From the NCBI GenBank assembly GCA_009837885.1, contig VXSP01000015.1:14065-78064 (forward strand): a stretch of DNA of 64,000 nucleotides, written 5' to 3'. Shown here piece by piece: positions 1 to 9,686 of the stretch (positions within the stretch are counted from its first letter, which is position 1; each line of letters starts with the position of its first letter). The DNA is from Holophagales bacterium (lineage in GTDB: Bacteria; Acidobacteriota; Thermoanaerobaculia; Multivoradales; Multivoraceae). The translations under genes and the position numbers were made by a program. The notes under the pieces are model-generated. The model did no database searches. It was not told the origin of the DNA and saw only the letters and a list, made by a program, of their open reading frames with translations.

Positions 1-587
1 GCCAGGGAGTCGGCGCCTTCCGTCTCGACGGCGATCACCGGGACGTCGGACCAGCCGTGCCGCCTCATCCCCTCGACCAAGCCGCACAGCAGTCCGCCGC
101 CGCCGACGGAGACGACCAGGGCGCCGGGCTTGACACCTGCCCCCGCGACCTCGTCGACCAGGGTGGAGTGGCCCTGCCAGACGAGGGGGTCGTCGAACGG
201 ATGAACCAGGACATCCGACTGGCCGACCGTCGACTCGGCCAGTTCGTTCGCCTCCTGCCAGGAATCGCCGTGGACGAGGACTTCGGCGCCTTCCTGCCGG
301 ATCAGGGCCTTCGCCCTGTCGCTGGTGGTTTCCGGCACCACGATCAGGACGGGCACCGAGAGATGGCGCCCAGCATAGGCGACCGCGATCCCCGCGTTGC
401 CGCCGGAGGAGGAGATCAGGCGTTTGGCGCCTCGCCGAACGTACTCCTGGCAGGCGAAACCGATGCCGCGGATCTTGAAGGAGCCGGGCGGCTGCAGCGC
501 GTCGAGCTTCAACCAGACGCTCCGGCCGGCGTGGAGGGAGAGCGGACGCGACTCGAAAAGCGGTGTCTCGATGTGGAGGGGCTTCAT
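1..587 (-). CDS. PLP-dependent serine/threonine dehydratase family protein (PALP fold); its 3' end runs off the window start
   Basis: The minus-strand ATG is at 585-587. The translation reads MKPLHIETPLFESRPLSLHAGRSVWLKLDALQPPGSFKIRGIGFACQEYVRRGAKRLISSSGGNAGIAVAYAG..., with the PLP-lysine motif SFKIRG and the glycine loop SSGGNAG typical of threonine/serine dehydratases. The ORF is open to the window edge, so it is absent from the ORF track. Confidence 0.6.
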   Translation of the reverse strand, partial: MKPLHIETPLFESRPLSLHAGRSVWLKLDALQPPGSFKIRGIGFACQEYVRRGAKRLISSSGGNAGIAVAYAGRHLSVPVLIVVPETTSDRAKALIRQEGAEVLVHGDSWQEANELAESTVGQSDVLVHPFDDPLVWQGHSTLVDEVAGAGVKPGALVVSVGGGGLLCGLVEGMRRHGWSDVPVIAVETEGADSL

Positions 588-667
588 GACCGGTGCTGGT
601 CCCGGGAAAGGCCCGGTAGCCTCGCGACGTTAGCGGGTTCGGCCTGAACTACCGCGGGGGAAGACAG

Positions 668-1519
668 ATGGAAGGTGCTCTCAGCGTTGGTCTCCTGTTC
701 CGCAACTTCAGGGGACGCATTCTCGTTACCTGGTTCCTCGTCCTGCTCGAGAACCTCCTCTGGGCCCTCGTGCCGCTGTTCATCGGCCGCGCCATCGACG
801 CCCTTCTGGAGCGCCGCCCGAGCGCCCTGTGGGAGGTGGCCGCGATCCTGTCGGCGCTGATCGTGGTCGCCACTGTCCGGCGCTTCTATGACACGCGTTG
901 CTACGGAACGATCCGCGTCCGCTTCGGAGGAGAACTCGTTCGCCGGTCGCAGGACGCGCCCGTCTCGCGGCTCAACGCGCGCCTCGACATGAGTCGGGAG
1001 ATGGTGGACTTCCTGGAGGGGCACGTACCCGGGGTGCTCACTGGCGTGGTGCAACTACTAGTGAGCATCGCCGTTCTCTTCAGCTTCGACCGCCGCCTGG
1101 GGCTGGCCGCCCTCGGCGCGCTGGCCGCGATCGTTCTGGTCTACGCGCTATTCCACGGCCGCTTCTACCGACTGAACGGCGAACTGAACGCGCAGACCGA
1201 ACTCCAGGTCTCGATCCTGGAGCAGCGCCGCCTGGAGTCGCTCGTGGGGCACCTGAGGAAGCTGCGCCGAAGCGAAGTCCGTCTGTCGGACACGGAGGCC
1301 GTCCTCTACGGCGGGATCTTCGCCGCCATGTTCGCCTTCGTCCTCGGCAATGTGTGGATCTCCGCGACGATCCCGATGATCACGGCGGGCGCGATCTTCG
1401 CGATTCTCAGCTACTCCTGGGAGTTCGTGGAGTCGAGTGTCGCGCTGCCGATCGCGCTTCAGGAATGGTCACGGCTCGGCGAGATCCGCGACCGGCTGAA
1501 TCGCGCGACGGAGGGATAG
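668..1519 (+). CDS. ABC exporter-type transmembrane domain protein with no ATPase domain (orphan TMD)
   Basis: 283 aa with multiple hydrophobic helices. It shows the ABC_membrane-like pattern (IGRAIDALL; GELVRRSQDAPVSRLNARLDMSREMVDFLEG) but lacks Walker A/B and the ABC signature. It resembles the N-terminal halves of the fused exporters at 9687-14245. Confidence 0.5.
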   Translation: MEGALSVGLLFRNFRGRILVTWFLVLLENLLWALVPLFIGRAIDALLERRPSALWEVAAILSALIVVATVRRFYDTRCYGTIRVRFGGELVRRSQDAPVSRLNARLDMSREMVDFLEGHVPGVLTGVVQLLVSIAVLFSFDRRLGLAALGALAAIVLVYALFHGRFYRLNGELNAQTELQVSILEQRRLESLVGHLRKLRRSEVRLSDTEAVLYGGIFAAMFAFVLGNVWISATIPMITAGAIFAILSYSWEFVESSVALPIALQEWSRLGEIRDRLNRATEG

Positions 1520-1525
1520 CCTCGC

Positions 1526-1577
1526 CGCTTCGCGGCTTGGCCCGGATGCCGGCGGGGACGCCGGCGCACCCAGTGTG
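1526..1577 (+). repeat. REP-like hairpin repeat, copy 1 (left stem-loop degenerate)
   Basis: ...CCGGATGCCGGCGGGGACGCCGGCGCACCCAGTGTG. The stem TGCCGGCG and its complement CGCCGGCA flank the loop GGGA. It lies 6 bp downstream of the stop of the gene at 1584-3164. Confidence 0.8.
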
Positions 1578-1583
1578 ATTCGG

Positions 1584-3164
1584 CTAGGGGCCGGCGGATG
1601 ACGCCGTCCCGCCGCCGACCGGTTCGGCGAACAGCGGCATCTGCTGCGGCTGGTCGGTGTCCGCGCCGATCGTGACCGTTCCCTGGAGTTGACCCTTGTC
1701 GTTGAGGCGGCCCTCGATCACGGTCGTCGTGGCGCTCGCGTTGAGGGTGGGGAACTGCGTCGTGATCCGAAGGGCGTCGCCCTGCCACTCGAAGTCGTCG
1801 AGGACGATGGAGTAGATGCCGCCCATGTAGAGCCAGCCTTCGCCTTCATGCGGAACGTGGAAGCCCATGAAGGCTCCGGACACGTAGGAGTCCTTCGCCG
1901 GATGCAATGCCAGGAGGTCGAGGATCTGCTCCCTCTGGTTCTGCTGCTCGAAGAGGACGCCTTCCTTCCGGGTGACCTCGATGAACCCGTTGAACATCTC
2001 GCTGAACGTGTCGCCGCGGTAGATGATCTCCTGCGTCGGGTCCGGGTTGGCCGGGTTGTCCTCGGAGTTGTCCCAGACGGCGGTGACGTCGAGGCGGCTG
2101 CCGGCCGGAATGTCGATCGGCTGGGTCGGGTAGTACAGCCACTGCCAGTTGTAGTCGTAGTTCGGTACGTCCAGCAGCGTCTCGGTGGAGCCGTCCGGGT
2201 AGGTGACCTCGTAGCTCATCGCCTTGCCGCGGACATGCATGTGCGGGCTGAAGGCGAGAATCTGGACGTCCTTGTCGAACAGGTAGTGGGCGTTCTCGGC
2301 GTGGTGGCCGGCGCCCGGCGGAATGCGCAGGCCGGTGTTGGTCACCGGAATCGTGATGACCTCCTTCTCGAGATCGCCTTCGCCGAAGTGGAGCCCGATT
2401 CGCGAGGCGTCACGCGTCGCTTCGCCGATCGGATGGTAGTGCTGATCGACGATGATGCGGATCTTCGAGCCGAAGCGGCGGCCGACGCCGTCAGGGAAGA
2501 CGTAGGGCGGCATGCCGGCCGTCCAGATGCCGAGGACGCCGGAGGCGGCGGGGTCGCCCTCGTTCAGCTCGCTCACGTAGGTCGTCAGGAAGTGATGGGT
2601 GACGCGGGAGTCCTCGGGCAGGAACTCGATGGCACGGACCCAGCGCGGCTCGCCGAGGTCGACCTCGACGATCTGCTGCGGGAAGATGTCTTCGCCCTCG
2701 GCCGGCACCTCGATGCTGTCGAGGGTGACGACGAAGTCCGGCTCGCCGAGCTTCCAGCCCTTCGGGAAGGTCGGGGCTTCTGGCATATCGGCAAGATCGC
2801 CCTGCGGAGCGCCGGACTTCGCCCAGGTCACGATCGTCTCGATCTCGCTGTCGGTCAGCGAGAGGTCGTTCGACCAGACGTGGTTCTCGGACTCGCCGCT
2901 CCACGGCGGCATGTCGCGGTTCTCGACGGCGCGGGCGATCGAGCGGGCCCACGGCCGGGCCTCCCTGTACGTCATCAACGACATCGGAGCGACCTCGCCG
3001 GTCCGGTGGCACTGCACGCAGTTGCTGAAGAAGATCGGCGCGACGTCGCGCGTGTAGGTCGGTGCCTCGGCGGCGGCGGCGGGGGATGACGCGACGATGG
3101 CGAGCGCAAGCGCGGCTGCAAGGAAGAGGGTCGCGGTCGGGATGCGGAGTGCTCTTTGGTTCAT
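1584..3164 (-). CDS. Secreted c-type cytochrome (Planctomycete cytochrome C-like CxxCH domain) fused to a copper type II ascorbate-dependent monooxygenase-like domain
   Basis: The start is at M16 of the tracked ORF (MNQRALRIPTATLFLAAALALA is a signal peptide). It has a haem motif CVQCH followed by ...MPPW. PHM/DBH-like copper ligand pattern: HH (THHFL), H (HYHPIG), HxH...M (SPHMHVRGKAMSYE), and NYDYNWQ. It is a paralog of 44859-46220. Confidence 0.65.
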   Translation of the reverse strand: MNQRALRIPTATLFLAAALALAIVASSPAAAAEAPTYTRDVAPIFFSNCVQCHRTGEVAPMSLMTYREARPWARSIARAVENRDMPPWSGESENHVWSNDLSLTDSEIETIVTWAKSGAPQGDLADMPEAPTFPKGWKLGEPDFVVTLDSIEVPAEGEDIFPQQIVEVDLGEPRWVRAIEFLPEDSRVTHHFLTTYVSELNEGDPAASGVLGIWTAGMPPYVFPDGVGRRFGSKIRIIVDQHYHPIGEATRDASRIGLHFGEGDLEKEVITIPVTNTGLRIPPGAGHHAENAHYLFDKDVQILAFSPHMHVRGKAMSYEVTYPDGSTETLLDVPNYDYNWQWLYYPTQPIDIPAGSRLDVTAVWDNSEDNPANPDPTQEIIYRGDTFSEMFNGFIEVTRKEGVLFEQQNQREQILDLLALHPAKDSYVSGAFMGFHVPHEGEGWLYMGGIYSIVLDDFEWQGDALRITTQFPTLNASATTTVIEGRLNDKGQLQGTVTIGADTDQPQQMPLFAEPVGGGTASSAGP

Positions 3165-3232
3165 GGGCGGCTCGCCTTGGTTGTTTGGGGCTCTGGCGGC
3201 TGGGCTCACTGTATCGTGAGTGTTGACTCAGT

Positions 3233-5314
3233 TTATTCGACGGGGACGACCTCCACGCGATCGATGCCGAGTCGCCCCTCCTCGACGACCAAGCCGATGG
3301 CGCCGCAGTCGAGGGCGTCGTCGGTGGCTTCGACGAGCGTCGCGCCGTCAACCTTGCCGGCGAGGCGGTCGCCACGGGCCTCGAGGGTCAGTTCGTAGCT
3401 CTCGCCGAGTCGCCACTCGAGGTCCGCTTCGGCGAGCACCTCTTCGGTATGCAGCACCCGCACGAGCTGCACGCGGTTCCCGGGAGCCAGTAGCAGGCCG
3501 TAGAAACGGGTGAGGCCCTGGACCCTGGCTGCGACGCCGGCCCTCCGGACGAGGTGAGGCGTCACGGCGGCGGTCACGGAGTAGTCGCGCCACTCGCGGG
3601 TTCCCTGCATCAGCAGGCCCATGCCGGTGTTCTGGACCAGCCGGAACATCTCGATTCCCTTGGTCAGCAGGTCGACGCCGTTGACCCAGGCGCGGCGCCA
3701 CATCGTGCCGCGGTGGGTCGAACGCTCGAGTCGGAACTTCGGGGCGCCGGACCACTTCAGCGACTCGAGGAAGACGGGTCCGGCCGGGCCTTGAACGCGG
3801 ACGCCCGCGGAGAAGACGGGGCCGGGCAGGGCCGGACTCGTGAACGACACCCGGGCGCTCTCACCCGGCCCGAGTTCGATGGTGTCGTCGTCGAAGGTCG
3901 CCGTTTCGTCGTCCTCGCCGTAGTAGCCGAGATAGACGTTCGCCCGGGCGCCTTCCTCGCCGGCGCTGAGCGTCGCCTCGACGGTCTGGCCGGGGAAGAT
4001 CCGCGGCGAGGCCATCAACGGATAGACCCGGCCCTCGAACCACTTCGCGGTCTCCAGCGAGGGGATGAAGACGGGAGAACCGACCCGGGCTTCTTCCGAG
4101 GCGTCGATGCGCAGCGCGCGCTCGCCGGAATCCAGGGTGACGTTCCTGACCTCGGCCTCGCCGTCGGCGACCTGGAAACCCTGAACCGAGCCGGGGAAGG
4201 CGAAGTGGAACTGCGCGCCGTCCCTGGGCGCCAGCGCCTCCCTGCCGGCGAGTCGGCGCCCCATGTTGACGATCTGCAGCGCTTCATGGCCGCAGTCGCT
4301 GATCGCCCGGCCGCCATCGGCCGTCGGCAAGTAGATGCGGTCGGCCACCGGCCCGCGCCAGTCGAGGCCCTTCTCGAGTCCGGCCTCGATCCCGGCCAGA
4401 CCCCCCTTGATGCCCAGGAGGCAGCCGACGTTGCCCGAGTTGCAGTCGGTGTCCCAGCCGCAGGTGTTGACGATCTTCAGCGTCTCGGCGAAGTCGCTCT
4501 CGCCGTGCAGTAAGGCGAGGATGATCAGGCCGTGGTTGGGGACCATGTGGCAGTTGCCGCCGTACTTGTCGTAGCCGTAGCGCTCGGCCAGCCTTTCCCG
4601 GTTGGCGCGCCAGTCGCCGTTCGCGGCATGCCAGCGACGCAGGTCCCCGATCATCCGGGCGATCACCGAGTCCCGCGGGATGTAGCCGAGGGCGACGTCC
4701 AGGAGCGTGTCCGTGTCCTGATCGACGAACGCCATCGACTCCATCGCGGCCAGCACGCGCGCGCCGTAGACCGCTTCGCCGTCGTGGCTCACCCGCGCGG
4801 CGGCGGTGGCCAGGCGGACCGCCAGGTCCGGGTCGCCAGGAGCGACCATCGCCCAGCCGTCGATGAAGATCTGGGCGCCGATCTGCTCGGCCACCACCTT
4901 GCCGTTCAGCTCCATCGAGCCGCTCTCGGGCGCCTCGATCCCGCTCTTGAGACGCAGGTAGGCGGTGTGCTCGGTGGAGTTGCCGAGGCCGCCCCACCAC
5001 AGCACCGTGCGCTCCCGGATCAGGTAGTTGAGCCACGTCTCGCCGACTTCCCGCGAACTGAGATCGGCGCCGGAGCCGTGGTCCTCGAGCGCGCGCAGGA
5101 AGGTGAAGGTCCCCGTGATGTCGTCGTCGGTGACGATCAGGGGAACGTCGAGCCGGTCGTGGACGTAGTACTCGATGTCGCCCAGCCGTTTGCGGATCCA
5201 CTCGTAGGGCCAGCCCTCGAAGGGGCGGCCGAGGTAGACGCCGATGACCTTGCCGAGGACGCCGGCGTAGACGCGGTCCTTGTAGTCCTGGGGTAGTTGC
5301 ATGTCTTCGGCCAA
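3233..5314 (-). CDS. ADP-ribosylglycohydrolase family protein with a C-terminal DUF1080/LamG-like (3-keto-disaccharide hydrolase-like) domain
   Basis: 693 aa. The N-terminal ~330 aa match the ARH fold pattern (VLGKVIGVYLGRPFEG...; TDDDITGTF; GWDTDCNSGNVGCLLG). The C-terminal ~200 aa resemble a DUF1080 jelly-roll (TREWRDYSVTAAV...GRLGIDRVEVVPVE). Confidence 0.65.
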   Translation of the reverse strand: MAEDMQLPQDYKDRVYAGVLGKVIGVYLGRPFEGWPYEWIRKRLGDIEYYVHDRLDVPLIVTDDDITGTFTFLRALEDHGSGADLSSREVGETWLNYLIRERTVLWWGGLGNSTEHTAYLRLKSGIEAPESGSMELNGKVVAEQIGAQIFIDGWAMVAPGDPDLAVRLATAAARVSHDGEAVYGARVLAAMESMAFVDQDTDTLLDVALGYIPRDSVIARMIGDLRRWHAANGDWRANRERLAERYGYDKYGGNCHMVPNHGLIILALLHGESDFAETLKIVNTCGWDTDCNSGNVGCLLGIKGGLAGIEAGLEKGLDWRGPVADRIYLPTADGGRAISDCGHEALQIVNMGRRLAGREALAPRDGAQFHFAFPGSVQGFQVADGEAEVRNVTLDSGERALRIDASEEARVGSPVFIPSLETAKWFEGRVYPLMASPRIFPGQTVEATLSAGEEGARANVYLGYYGEDDETATFDDDTIELGPGESARVSFTSPALPGPVFSAGVRVQGPAGPVFLESLKWSGAPKFRLERSTHRGTMWRRAWVNGVDLLTKGIEMFRLVQNTGMGLLMQGTREWRDYSVTAAVTPHLVRRAGVAARVQGLTRFYGLLLAPGNRVQLVRVLHTEEVLAEADLEWRLGESYELTLEARGDRLAGKVDGATLVEATDDALDCGAIGLVVEEGRLGIDRVEVVPVE

Positions 5315-5489
5315 ATCTGAACCGCTACTTCAGCTCATCATGATGGATTGCGGTAGCAGTTCAGTTCATCAGGTTGGATCTGCGATGCTGGGCTACGACG
5401 TGAACCTTGAACGGTGTATCATGTTCAACGGATCAAGAGCTAGCTCGCCGGCACTCCGTCGCCGGCACCACAACGGAGGGAAAACCGCC
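5315..5489. promoter_or_regulatory. Divergent intergenic promoter region between the ARH-like gene (-) and the TonB receptor gene (+), with candidate operator palindromes
   Basis: A locally AT-richer 175-bp spacer. It contains the perfect palindrome CATCATGATG inside an imperfect inverted repeat (GAACCGCTAC...GTAGCAGTTC). The RBS GGAGGG lies 10 nt before the ATG at 5490. Confidence 0.3.
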
Positions 5490-8411
5490 ATGGAGAGCAG
5501 ACTTCGAGTCGTACCGAAGACCCTGAGAGTCTTCACCCTTTGGACCCTCGCCTTGTCGCTCCTGGCCTTGCCCGCGTTTGCCCAGGACGGCGCCGTTTCG
5601 GGGACCGTCTCCGACGCCGACGGCGACCCGCTTCCAGGCGTGACAGTCAGCGTCGAGGGCGGCGGGGACGCGATGACCGACGCGGACGGCGCCTTTTCGA
5701 TCTCGGGTGTCGCGGCCGGCAGCCACACCGTCACCGCCAGCCTTGAGGGCTTCCAGTCGTCGAGCCAATCCGTGCAGGTGACGGCCAGCGGCGCCACGGT
5801 GTCCTTCGAGATTCGCCCCGCCTACCACGCCACGGTCGTCGTCACGGCGGAGCGGGTCGAAGAGAACGTCATGGACGTGCCGATGACGATCTCGGCGTTC
5901 GACTCGAGCCTCCTCGAAGAGCTAGTGATCCAGGAGAGGACGGATCTGCAGAACCTGGTTCCTGGCCTTCAGTTCGGCGACGAGATCGAGCAGCAGGGCC
6001 AGGGAACGGTCATGCGGGGCATCGGCACCAGGAACGCCCAGTACGACCAGTCCGACTATGCCGTCGCGACCTACGTCGACGGCGCCTACACGCTGGGCGT
6101 TTACGGCACGACGCCCGGCGGCGGCTTCGATCTCGAACGGGTCGAGGTGGCCCGTGGCCCCCAGGGAACCCTGAACGGCCGCAACTCGATCGCGGGAGCG
6201 ATCAACGTGGTCACAAAGGGACCCACGGATCACTGGGATGCCGAGCTGATGGGGGAGGTCACCGACATCTCGCAGCAGCGCCTGAACGGGGCGCTCGGCG
6301 GCCCGCTCGGCGACGGTCCCTTCAGCTTCCGCCTGACAGCCGGCACCCACACGGGCGACGGCAGACAGGAGAACGTCGGGGCCGGCGGCGACCATGACGC
6401 GCCCGATCAGACCTTCTACTCGCCGCAGCTTCGCGCCGAGACCGATCGGTTCTCCGCGAGGGTGCGCGTGTCCAGCGTGGAGGATCGCGGGACGCCGCGG
6501 GGCTTCGTGCAGCTTTCGAACGTGGACCGGACGACTGGCGGCTACTCCCGGGACCGCTACTACCTCTGGGAGACGCCCAATCCGGCCCTCGATCCGAGCT
6601 GCGGCCTCAATCTCCCCGCCTGGAACTGCCCCGGGGAGATCCAGAACAGGGTGGCGTTCAACTACCCCGGAACCAACGAGAGCGAGAGCGATTTTGGCGT
6701 CCTCCGGGCCGACTGGCAGGTCTCGAGGGCTCTCGGCATCAGCTTCAACGCGAGCAGCGGCGAAACGGTGCAGCAGGCGCTCCGGGACGCCGACTACACG
6801 AATCGGGTGCCGATCGGCACGCCGCCGGGCGGTCACGGCCTGGGCGGCGACCCCAACTCGCTGGACCACACGCTGACGTCCTGCACGCCTGGGCGCTGGG
6901 ACGGCCTGTGTCCCGACGGAACGGTGCAGTTCTCGAACTCGTTCTACGACCTTCCGTTCGAGTACGAGGAAGACTCGCAGGAACTCCTGTTCAGGTCGAG
7001 CTACGCCGGTGACTTCAACTTCATCGGCGGGCTGTTCAGGTACAAGAACACGAGATCCGGGACGATTCACCGCCACGACCTGGATCCGGCCTTTCGCTTC
7101 GGGACGGCGGACGAGCAGGCCCGGAGGGCTTCGCCGATCTGGGGCTTTGTCGAGGTCGACAGTTGTCAGGACATCATGACCAAGATCGTCGAGGGATTCG
7201 GCTTCGGCACGACGGACCCGGCGGGCGACGAGGAGGGGCTCTACTGGTACTGCCCGGAGGGCGACGACCACGCCCATCTGCTCAGCTTCTTCAACGTCGG
7301 CAAGAACTGGACCGAGGCCGCGTTCTTCAGCGCCGACTACCGTTTCAACGACAAGTGGGCGCTCTCGGGCGGCATTCGCTACACGGAAGACGAGAAGGAG
7401 CAGAAGCCGGAGGACCAGGGTGGGTTCGCGGCTTTTGGGTTTGGAGGACCCGTGGTCGCGGTCGCTCTTGCCGGTGAGGGCAACCCGTTCCCTCAGACCT
7501 GGTCGCGGCCGATCGGCCACCTCGCTCTGGAGCGCACGACGGACGCCGGCCATCTGGTGTACGGCCGCATTTCCACGGGCTTCCGTTCCGGTGGCTTCAA
7601 CATCGGTCTGCCGGGCCAGGTGCCGCCGTACATCAAGGAAGAGACGCTGGTGAACTACGAACTCGGGGCGAAGGGCTTCTTCCTCGACTCGCGTCTCCAG
7701 CTTTCGGCCGGCCTCTGGTACAACCAGTTCGACAACTACCAACTCGCTGCCACGCAGGCGCCGCCGCCGGGCACGGACATTTCGATTTCGATCTACTCCC
7801 CGACGCCGCTCGTCGAGTACACGGCCAACATCCCCGACACGACGATTCAGGGCGTGGACGTCGAGTTCAGCTACCGGATCGGCTCCTTCGGGCTTCGGGG
7901 CTTCTATGCCTGGCAGGACTCGGAGATCGGTCCGCACGCCTCGGTGATCGACGGCCATCCCTATGGCCAGACGGCGATGTGGGACTACATTGACTTCGAG
8001 ACCGGCCAGCCGGCGACCAGCGAATACGATCTGCCGACGGATCAGTCCGGAAACCGGTTGCCGAAGCAGCCGGCCAACAAACTGGCGCTGACGGCGTCCT
8101 GGTTCAAGTCGCTCGCCTCCAACGGCCACCTCTCGTTCCAGTCGACCTACGCCCACACCGACCCTGCGTATCCCAGCATCGGCAACATCGACATCTGGGA
8201 GTTACCGGCATACGACCGGCTGGACGTGGGCGGTACGTGGAGCGCTCCAAGCGACCGCTGGTCGGTCTCGCTGTTCGTCAAGAACGTCATGGACGAGGTC
8301 GCGGTCCTCGAGTACCTGCCGATCTCCGGGAACGGGGCCGTCCCCGCGATCGGCTTCGTGACGCCTCCCCGCGAAGTCGGCGTGCAGCTTCGCTTCCGGC
8401 CGTTCAACTAG
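5490..8411 (+). CDS. TonB-dependent outer-membrane receptor (SusC/RagA-like, with an N-terminal CarboxypepD_reg domain)
   Basis: The start is at M64 of the tracked ORF, preceded by an RBS. It has a signal peptide (LALSLLALPAFAQ). The CarboxypepD_reg-like segment is GTVSDADGDPLPGVTVSVEG. Plug-region motifs are present (FDLERVEVARGPQGTLNGRNSIAGAINVV). The long beta-barrel ends in a terminal aromatic (QLRFRPFN). Confidence 0.85.
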   Translation: MESRLRVVPKTLRVFTLWTLALSLLALPAFAQDGAVSGTVSDADGDPLPGVTVSVEGGGDAMTDADGAFSISGVAAGSHTVTASLEGFQSSSQSVQVTASGATVSFEIRPAYHATVVVTAERVEENVMDVPMTISAFDSSLLEELVIQERTDLQNLVPGLQFGDEIEQQGQGTVMRGIGTRNAQYDQSDYAVATYVDGAYTLGVYGTTPGGGFDLERVEVARGPQGTLNGRNSIAGAINVVTKGPTDHWDAELMGEVTDISQQRLNGALGGPLGDGPFSFRLTAGTHTGDGRQENVGAGGDHDAPDQTFYSPQLRAETDRFSARVRVSSVEDRGTPRGFVQLSNVDRTTGGYSRDRYYLWETPNPALDPSCGLNLPAWNCPGEIQNRVAFNYPGTNESESDFGVLRADWQVSRALGISFNASSGETVQQALRDADYTNRVPIGTPPGGHGLGGDPNSLDHTLTSCTPGRWDGLCPDGTVQFSNSFYDLPFEYEEDSQELLFRSSYAGDFNFIGGLFRYKNTRSGTIHRHDLDPAFRFGTADEQARRASPIWGFVEVDSCQDIMTKIVEGFGFGTTDPAGDEEGLYWYCPEGDDHAHLLSFFNVGKNWTEAAFFSADYRFNDKWALSGGIRYTEDEKEQKPEDQGGFAAFGFGGPVVAVALAGEGNPFPQTWSRPIGHLALERTTDAGHLVYGRISTGFRSGGFNIGLPGQVPPYIKEETLVNYELGAKGFFLDSRLQLSAGLWYNQFDNYQLAATQAPPPGTDISISIYSPTPLVEYTANIPDTTIQGVDVEFSYRIGSFGLRGFYAWQDSEIGPHASVIDGHPYGQTAMWDYIDFETGQPATSEYDLPTDQSGNRLPKQPANKLALTASWFKSLASNGHLSFQSTYAHTDPAYPSIGNIDIWELPAYDRLDVGGTWSAPSDRWSVSLFVKNVMDEVAVLEYLPISGNGAVPAIGFVTPPREVGVQLRFRPFN

Positions 8412-8430
8412 CGTTACCGGCGCCGTAGTC

Positions 8431-9660
8431 ATGGGCAGGGGGATCGGGCGCCTTCCGATCCCCCTGTTGTTTCTCTTGATGGCGACCGGAGCCGGCGGCA
8501 CTGAGTACGCCCTCGGCCCCGACTCCCTGCCCCAGGAAGGCGTCCCAACGGGCACGGTGGAGAAGCGCACCTGGGACGCCAGCCGCATCTACCCGGGCAC
8601 GACGCACGAGTACTGGGTCTACGTGCCGGCCCAGTACACAAACGCCGAACCCGCGCCCGTCATGGTTTTCCAGGACGGTCAGTTCTACGTGGAACCCGAG
8701 GGCCCCGTCAGGGCGCCGACCGTCTTCGACAACCTGATCCACAGGAGAGAGATGCCGGTGACCATCGGCGTCTTCATCAACCCCGGGATGAAGGAAATCC
8801 CCTGGGACCAGCGGAGCAACCAGTACACGCCGCTCGACGACACCTACGCCCGCTTCCTCCTGGAGGAGATCCTCCCGGAAGTCGGCAAGGACTACAGCCT
8901 GACGGGCGAGGCGGCGGGCCGGGCGATCGCCGGCATGAGCGACGGCGGGCTGGCCTCCTTCACCGTCGCTTGGCACCGTCCCGACGCGTTCAGCAAGGTC
9001 GTCAGCCACGTCGGCAGCTACACGCGGCTCGAGGGCGGTTCCCGGTACCCGTACCTGATTCGGAAGACCCGCGGGAACCCGAAGCCGATCCGCGTCTTCC
9101 TCCAGGACGGGGAGAACGACATCAACCTCGCGGAGGGCAACTGGGCGCTGGCCAACCTCCAGATGGACTCCGCCCTGATGTTCGCCCGCTACGACTACCG
9201 CTTCGAGATGGGCACGGGCGGCCACGATCTGAGGCACGGAGGCGCCATCTTCCCGGACACGCTGCGCTGGCTCTGGCGCGACTATCCGGGTGTCAAGGGC
9301 GCCGGGGAGCCGGCGGATCCCTCCGCGGTGGTCGGGGAGTGGGACGTTCTGACGAAAGTCCTCGGCGAGTTCCGTCGCAGCGTGCTGACGGTGTCCGGGC
9401 AGGACGGCGCGCTTGCCGCGACGCTCCACGACGAGGTGGACGGCGAGATGGAGGTCACTGCGGTCCGGTTCGAAGACGGCATCCTGAGCTACGAGTACGT
9501 AGCGTCCGGATCCCAGGTGAACTGGGGCAAGGGATCGGTGGGCAGGCTGAGCGCCTGGCTGCAGGTGCGGGGCGACACTTTCCGCGGCGCCCTGAGCCTC
9601 AATGTGCCCCCCGCGGGCGACTACTCGGTCGAGGGCCGCAGGAGAACAGCGGATCCCTAG
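8431..9660 (+). CDS. Secreted esterase family protein (PF00756 / CE1-like alpha/beta hydrolase)
   Basis: Signal peptide; the GxSxG nucleophile motif is GMSDGG. The pattern VMVFQDG...DDTYARFLLEEILPEV is typical of the putative-esterase family (enterochelin esterase/CE1). It lies 19 bp after the TonB receptor. Confidence 0.7.
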   Translation: MGRGIGRLPIPLLFLLMATGAGGTEYALGPDSLPQEGVPTGTVEKRTWDASRIYPGTTHEYWVYVPAQYTNAEPAPVMVFQDGQFYVEPEGPVRAPTVFDNLIHRREMPVTIGVFINPGMKEIPWDQRSNQYTPLDDTYARFLLEEILPEVGKDYSLTGEAAGRAIAGMSDGGLASFTVAWHRPDAFSKVVSHVGSYTRLEGGSRYPYLIRKTRGNPKPIRVFLQDGENDINLAEGNWALANLQMDSALMFARYDYRFEMGTGGHDLRHGGAIFPDTLRWLWRDYPGVKGAGEPADPSAVVGEWDVLTKVLGEFRRSVLTVSGQDGALAATLHDEVDGEMEVTAVRFEDGILSYEYVASGSQVNWGKGSVGRLSAWLQVRGDTFRGALSLNVPPAGDYSVEGRRRTADP

Positions 9661-9686
9661 CGCTGCGGCGTAGGCTCCCGGCAGGT

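Noticed and set aside
5301-5489. N-terminal extensions of tracked ORFs (5301 TonB receptor, 8970 ABC exporter, 19753 SBP, 28926 aminotransferase, 44016, 49534, 55817 and others)
   Set aside because: The extensions lack signal-peptide logic, overlap upstream genes, and internal Met/Val codons with an RBS give canonical N-termini (signal peptides, TAT motifs). Starts were moved downstream.
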